The notes beneath the pieces are model-generated. The model was not told the origin of the DNA, ran no database searches, and saw only the letters and a list, made by a program, of their open reading frames with translations. This document shows positions 61,028-64,000 of a stretch of DNA of 64,000 nucleotides, one piece after another (the stretch's first letter is position 1; each line of letters opens with the position of its first letter). The stretch lies in assembly GCA_047495785.1 (NCBI GenBank), contig JBLDXI010000032.1, positions 3,968,001 through 4,032,000 on the forward strand, given 5' to 3'. The stretch comes from Lepidodermella squamata. Its lineage: Eukaryota; Animalia; Gastrotricha. The position numbers and the translations under genes are program-made.

Positions 61028-63329
61028 TCAATCGACATGATCTGTTTCCCGAAGTTCGCATCCATCACCGTATAGCCAAACCGGCACGAAAATGACTGCT
61101 GGAATGGCGATGCAACACGCGCAGTTGATTAGGAATACGCCAACGTCAAGCCGCGTGACAACTTCCTCCCACAGGCGCTCCGCATCCTCACGGTTCGCCG
61201 CTCTCGACTCATTATCGACTCGGTTTTTATCCGGTTTCGCTACGCGAGTTTTCATCGCGCCGCGTTTAATTACGCGAGTCGTGTTCGGCTTTTCGCCGCC
61301 CAGACTGCCCGATCGGCGTAAATCTGAGCAGAACCTCGATAATTCAGCCATTTCAATGTTGTCTAGCTGCGAATTTGAGCCGCTACACACAAGATACTGA
61401 TGCCGAGACGATTTCGCTCGAAGATTGATCAGCGAACTCTGCGAGAGGCTTTTCGAGCTCAAGCAATACAGCTCGTTGCAGTAACAATAAGATTTGTTGT
61501 TAGCCCAAGAGTTGCGCCGTGTTTCAACGACAATCGCCTGTTTACTGCTTCGAAAACGCTGCCGCATCTTGTAGGCGGGCGATGGAGCGGCCGTTTTCGA
61601 AACAGCAGCGTAGTCTTTGACCTTGGCGCCGATGTGAGTGAATTGAGGTTTTACCCAACGATTTGAGCAGTCAAATGAGGAAGGAGTTGCCCATAGCAGT
61701 GGGACATAACGAACGAGTTTGACGAGCGTTCTCGGCGGGGGTTGTTTCCATTTTAGGAGAACTTGGGCGATAATTATCGATTCTAGCATGATAACGGCAG
61801 AGCATACAGTCAGCGCCACGACGTAATCGCTCAGCGTCGATACTGCATCGGAAGTTTTAGGCTGTTAAATAATGGCTAAAATTGAGAAATCCACCTTAAT
61901 GATTATAAAAGCAAACCATTTCCTCTGTCAACGTCGTTTGAAAGACAACAATATTCAAGAAATTGAAGATGCCAATTTTTAGCCGATCAGGCTTAGTCCT
62001 AGAAAATCATTCATTTCATAGAAAGATGAATTTATTTTAAGCCGAATATTTTACTTGATCGGCGGGATAGCGAACGTCATCAGCTGCATAACGGCGATGA
62101 TGGTACACGGGTAAACTAGATTGACGATGTAGAACATGCTTTTCCGACGAATCACAACTTCGAACCGTAGCCGAGAAAATGTGTTATGCCCCGAAAAGTT
62201 GTATGTGTAAGGGTAGACTTTCGCTCCAATATAACACAGGTCCCATTGAGCGCTAAATTTAGCGAAAAAAATACCTATGAATTTAATTAGCCTCATAATT
62301 TTATACCTGTTGAGACGATCGTCGAGAAGCATTGTAGACTCTTGAGAGAACTCAAACTTAGCAGTGTCCATGGTCCAGCTTTCAAAGTCGTATGTGCACT
62401 AGTAATTTAAATGGGATACATTGAATTCAAAAATTCGAAAAGCTCTCACTTTTTGAGTATCGAATGGGAAAGTAGCCAGGTGTAAATGGCACCAAGTGTT
62501 GACGCTACCGGTTGGAATGTATCTAGCGTGTCCGTTGTGTGATAATCTCACGAGAAATTGGTCGTCTCGTGTTAACGTATACGGTCCATCCTCGCTGTTC
62601 GACATCTGTAAATGTTGTAATTTGAATTAGTGGCGGAATTCGTTGTATGCCTTACCGCTATATCCGGGACCCATATTTGATTTGTTTGGAAAGTTAAAGC
62701 TGTGATGTTTCCGAACTCAGAGGGGTTCCAAGTCAGTCTTTTGTCTTCCCATTCCTAAATTATAGGATAATATGATATCGGCTTAATAAAAATCGGGCAA
62801 AATTACAAAATTTAAAGCAACAACTGATTTCAAAGTTCCGTCTCGTTCGTTGGAGCTGATGACTTTGATCAGAAGCAAGTCACACCGGACTACCATGAAG
62901 CGTTCCGGCATGATTTCACGGGGATGTTCGTGTAGCAGTAAATTAACCAGTTCACTCGTCATCACTTGATTGTCAAAGGCAGCATCCCCACTCGATATCG
63001 ACAATATTTTGTGATGGCCAACTTTGACTTCCTTCAAGTCTAGAAAATTGAAAAAAATCAATTGTAAACAAAATAATTTCTAATTGTTAGTTACCCAGTC
63101 TATTAGTCGTTGGAGCCTTGTTAGCGAAATGCGCGGCCTTTTTCGGAGTTGGTGTAGATGGGTCAAAGTAATAAGTTTTTCGGTCTTGAATAACAGACGT
63201 TTCTGAAATGAGGTTCCACGCCGGGATGAAACTGACGTTGTCGTCAGATGACCAGCAATTAACGCGTGACCTGGCTACGCGACAAGTAATTAACAGCGCT
63301 ATTTGCACAACGCTACATCCGAATAACAT
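61028..63329 (-). CDS. Cys-loop channel subunit, paralog 3
   Basis: WVPDI, CHLHLATFPFDTQK|C, M2 PDRLKIGIFNFLNIVVF, WEEVVTRLD. Confidence 0.9.
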
Positions 63330-63540
63330 GCTATTTCAATCATTTATTACTAATAGTCTATCGCATGAGTTCAAAAACTGACCGCATAAAATGTTCGGAA
63401 AACAACAATCGCGCAGTGACCACAGTGGATAATTTTTATTCAAATTCAATTATCTTTACACAGTTTATCGCTGATATATGATATTTCTGTTGTCTTTACG
63501 CCAGGACAAGGGAAAACAACAATGCGTCGTAAGAATGAGT

Positions 63541-64000
63541 TCATGTGTCGTGCGCTTCGTCCGAATGAAAATCGGACCCGAAATCGGCAAGTGGGCACGC
63601 GTCCTCTGCTGGTGGCGTAAACAGGTAGATGGGTATGACGAAGGTTAAAATCCCGCAAACTATGAAAACTAGAGAATCGAATCGTGTGAAGACCTCCTCC
63701 CATAACAGTGCATTTCTACGTCGGCTCGACTTTATTTCGGCTTTCAACTTTTCGAGCTCCAGATTTTTCGATTTGTGAGCGCTAATTGAGCCGTGACGAT
63801 GAGTGAAGCATGACGAGAAGTTGTCAACGATTGGTTCGGGCTTCATCTTTGATTTAACTGCGCGAAAGGTCGAGGTGACAATCACTGGCCGGTTGTCACT
63901 AGCCTCAAGAATCGGCGTTAAACAGCAATAATTTCTAAATCTGAACTTCCGAGCCGATTTGTTTTGCCTGACGCTCTTCTTTATAGCAGCAATAGGGGAC
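63541..64000 (-). CDS. Cys-loop channel subunit, paralog 4 (3' end only)
   Basis: LWEEVFTRFDSLVFIVCGILTFVIP M4 homologous to the paralogs. Confidence 0.8.
   Translation of the reverse strand, partial: SPIAAIKKSVRQNKSARKFRFRNYCCLTPILEASDNRPVIVTSTFRAVKSKMKPEPIVDNFSSCFTHRHGSISAHKSKNLELEKLKAEIKSSRRRNALLWEEVFTRFDSLVFIVCGILTFVIPIYLFTPPAEDACPLADFGSDFHSDEAHDT

Noticed and set aside
1-64000. CRISPR array, prokaryotic operon or defence system, autonomous transposon
   Set aside because: The sequence is intron-containing animal DNA. No regular repeat-spacer array, transposase or reverse transcriptase ORF was seen.

Overview
Eukaryotic, apparently invertebrate animal DNA from a very compact genome: canonical GT-AG introns of mostly 45-60 nt and intergenic gaps often under 200 nt. 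The window is built from tandem gene families: three small BEN-like genes, eight Ly6/three-finger genes in two clusters, three SLC6 transporters, two RCC1-BTB genes, two Patched-domain genes and four divergent Cys-loop channel subunits (the last runs off the window). It also holds two U6 snRNA genes, six identical tRNA-Leu(TAA) genes (two intronic), a class C GPCR, a serine protease, a multi-Ig-like protein and MITE-like foldbacks. The most unusual items are: (1) a ~1657-aa secreted Sushi-trypsin-Sushi-~30x ankyrin fusion; (2) a family of secreted CX9C peptides sharing one intron and lying beside tRNA-Leu genes; (3) a secreted, extremely cationic (SX)n/KGH block protein resembling underwater adhesives; (4) LU domains with mucin-like inserts inside a finger; (5) an intronless GPI-anchored PQQ-type propeller, a candidate for horizontal transfer. 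All gene models were spliced by eye and no database searches were run.
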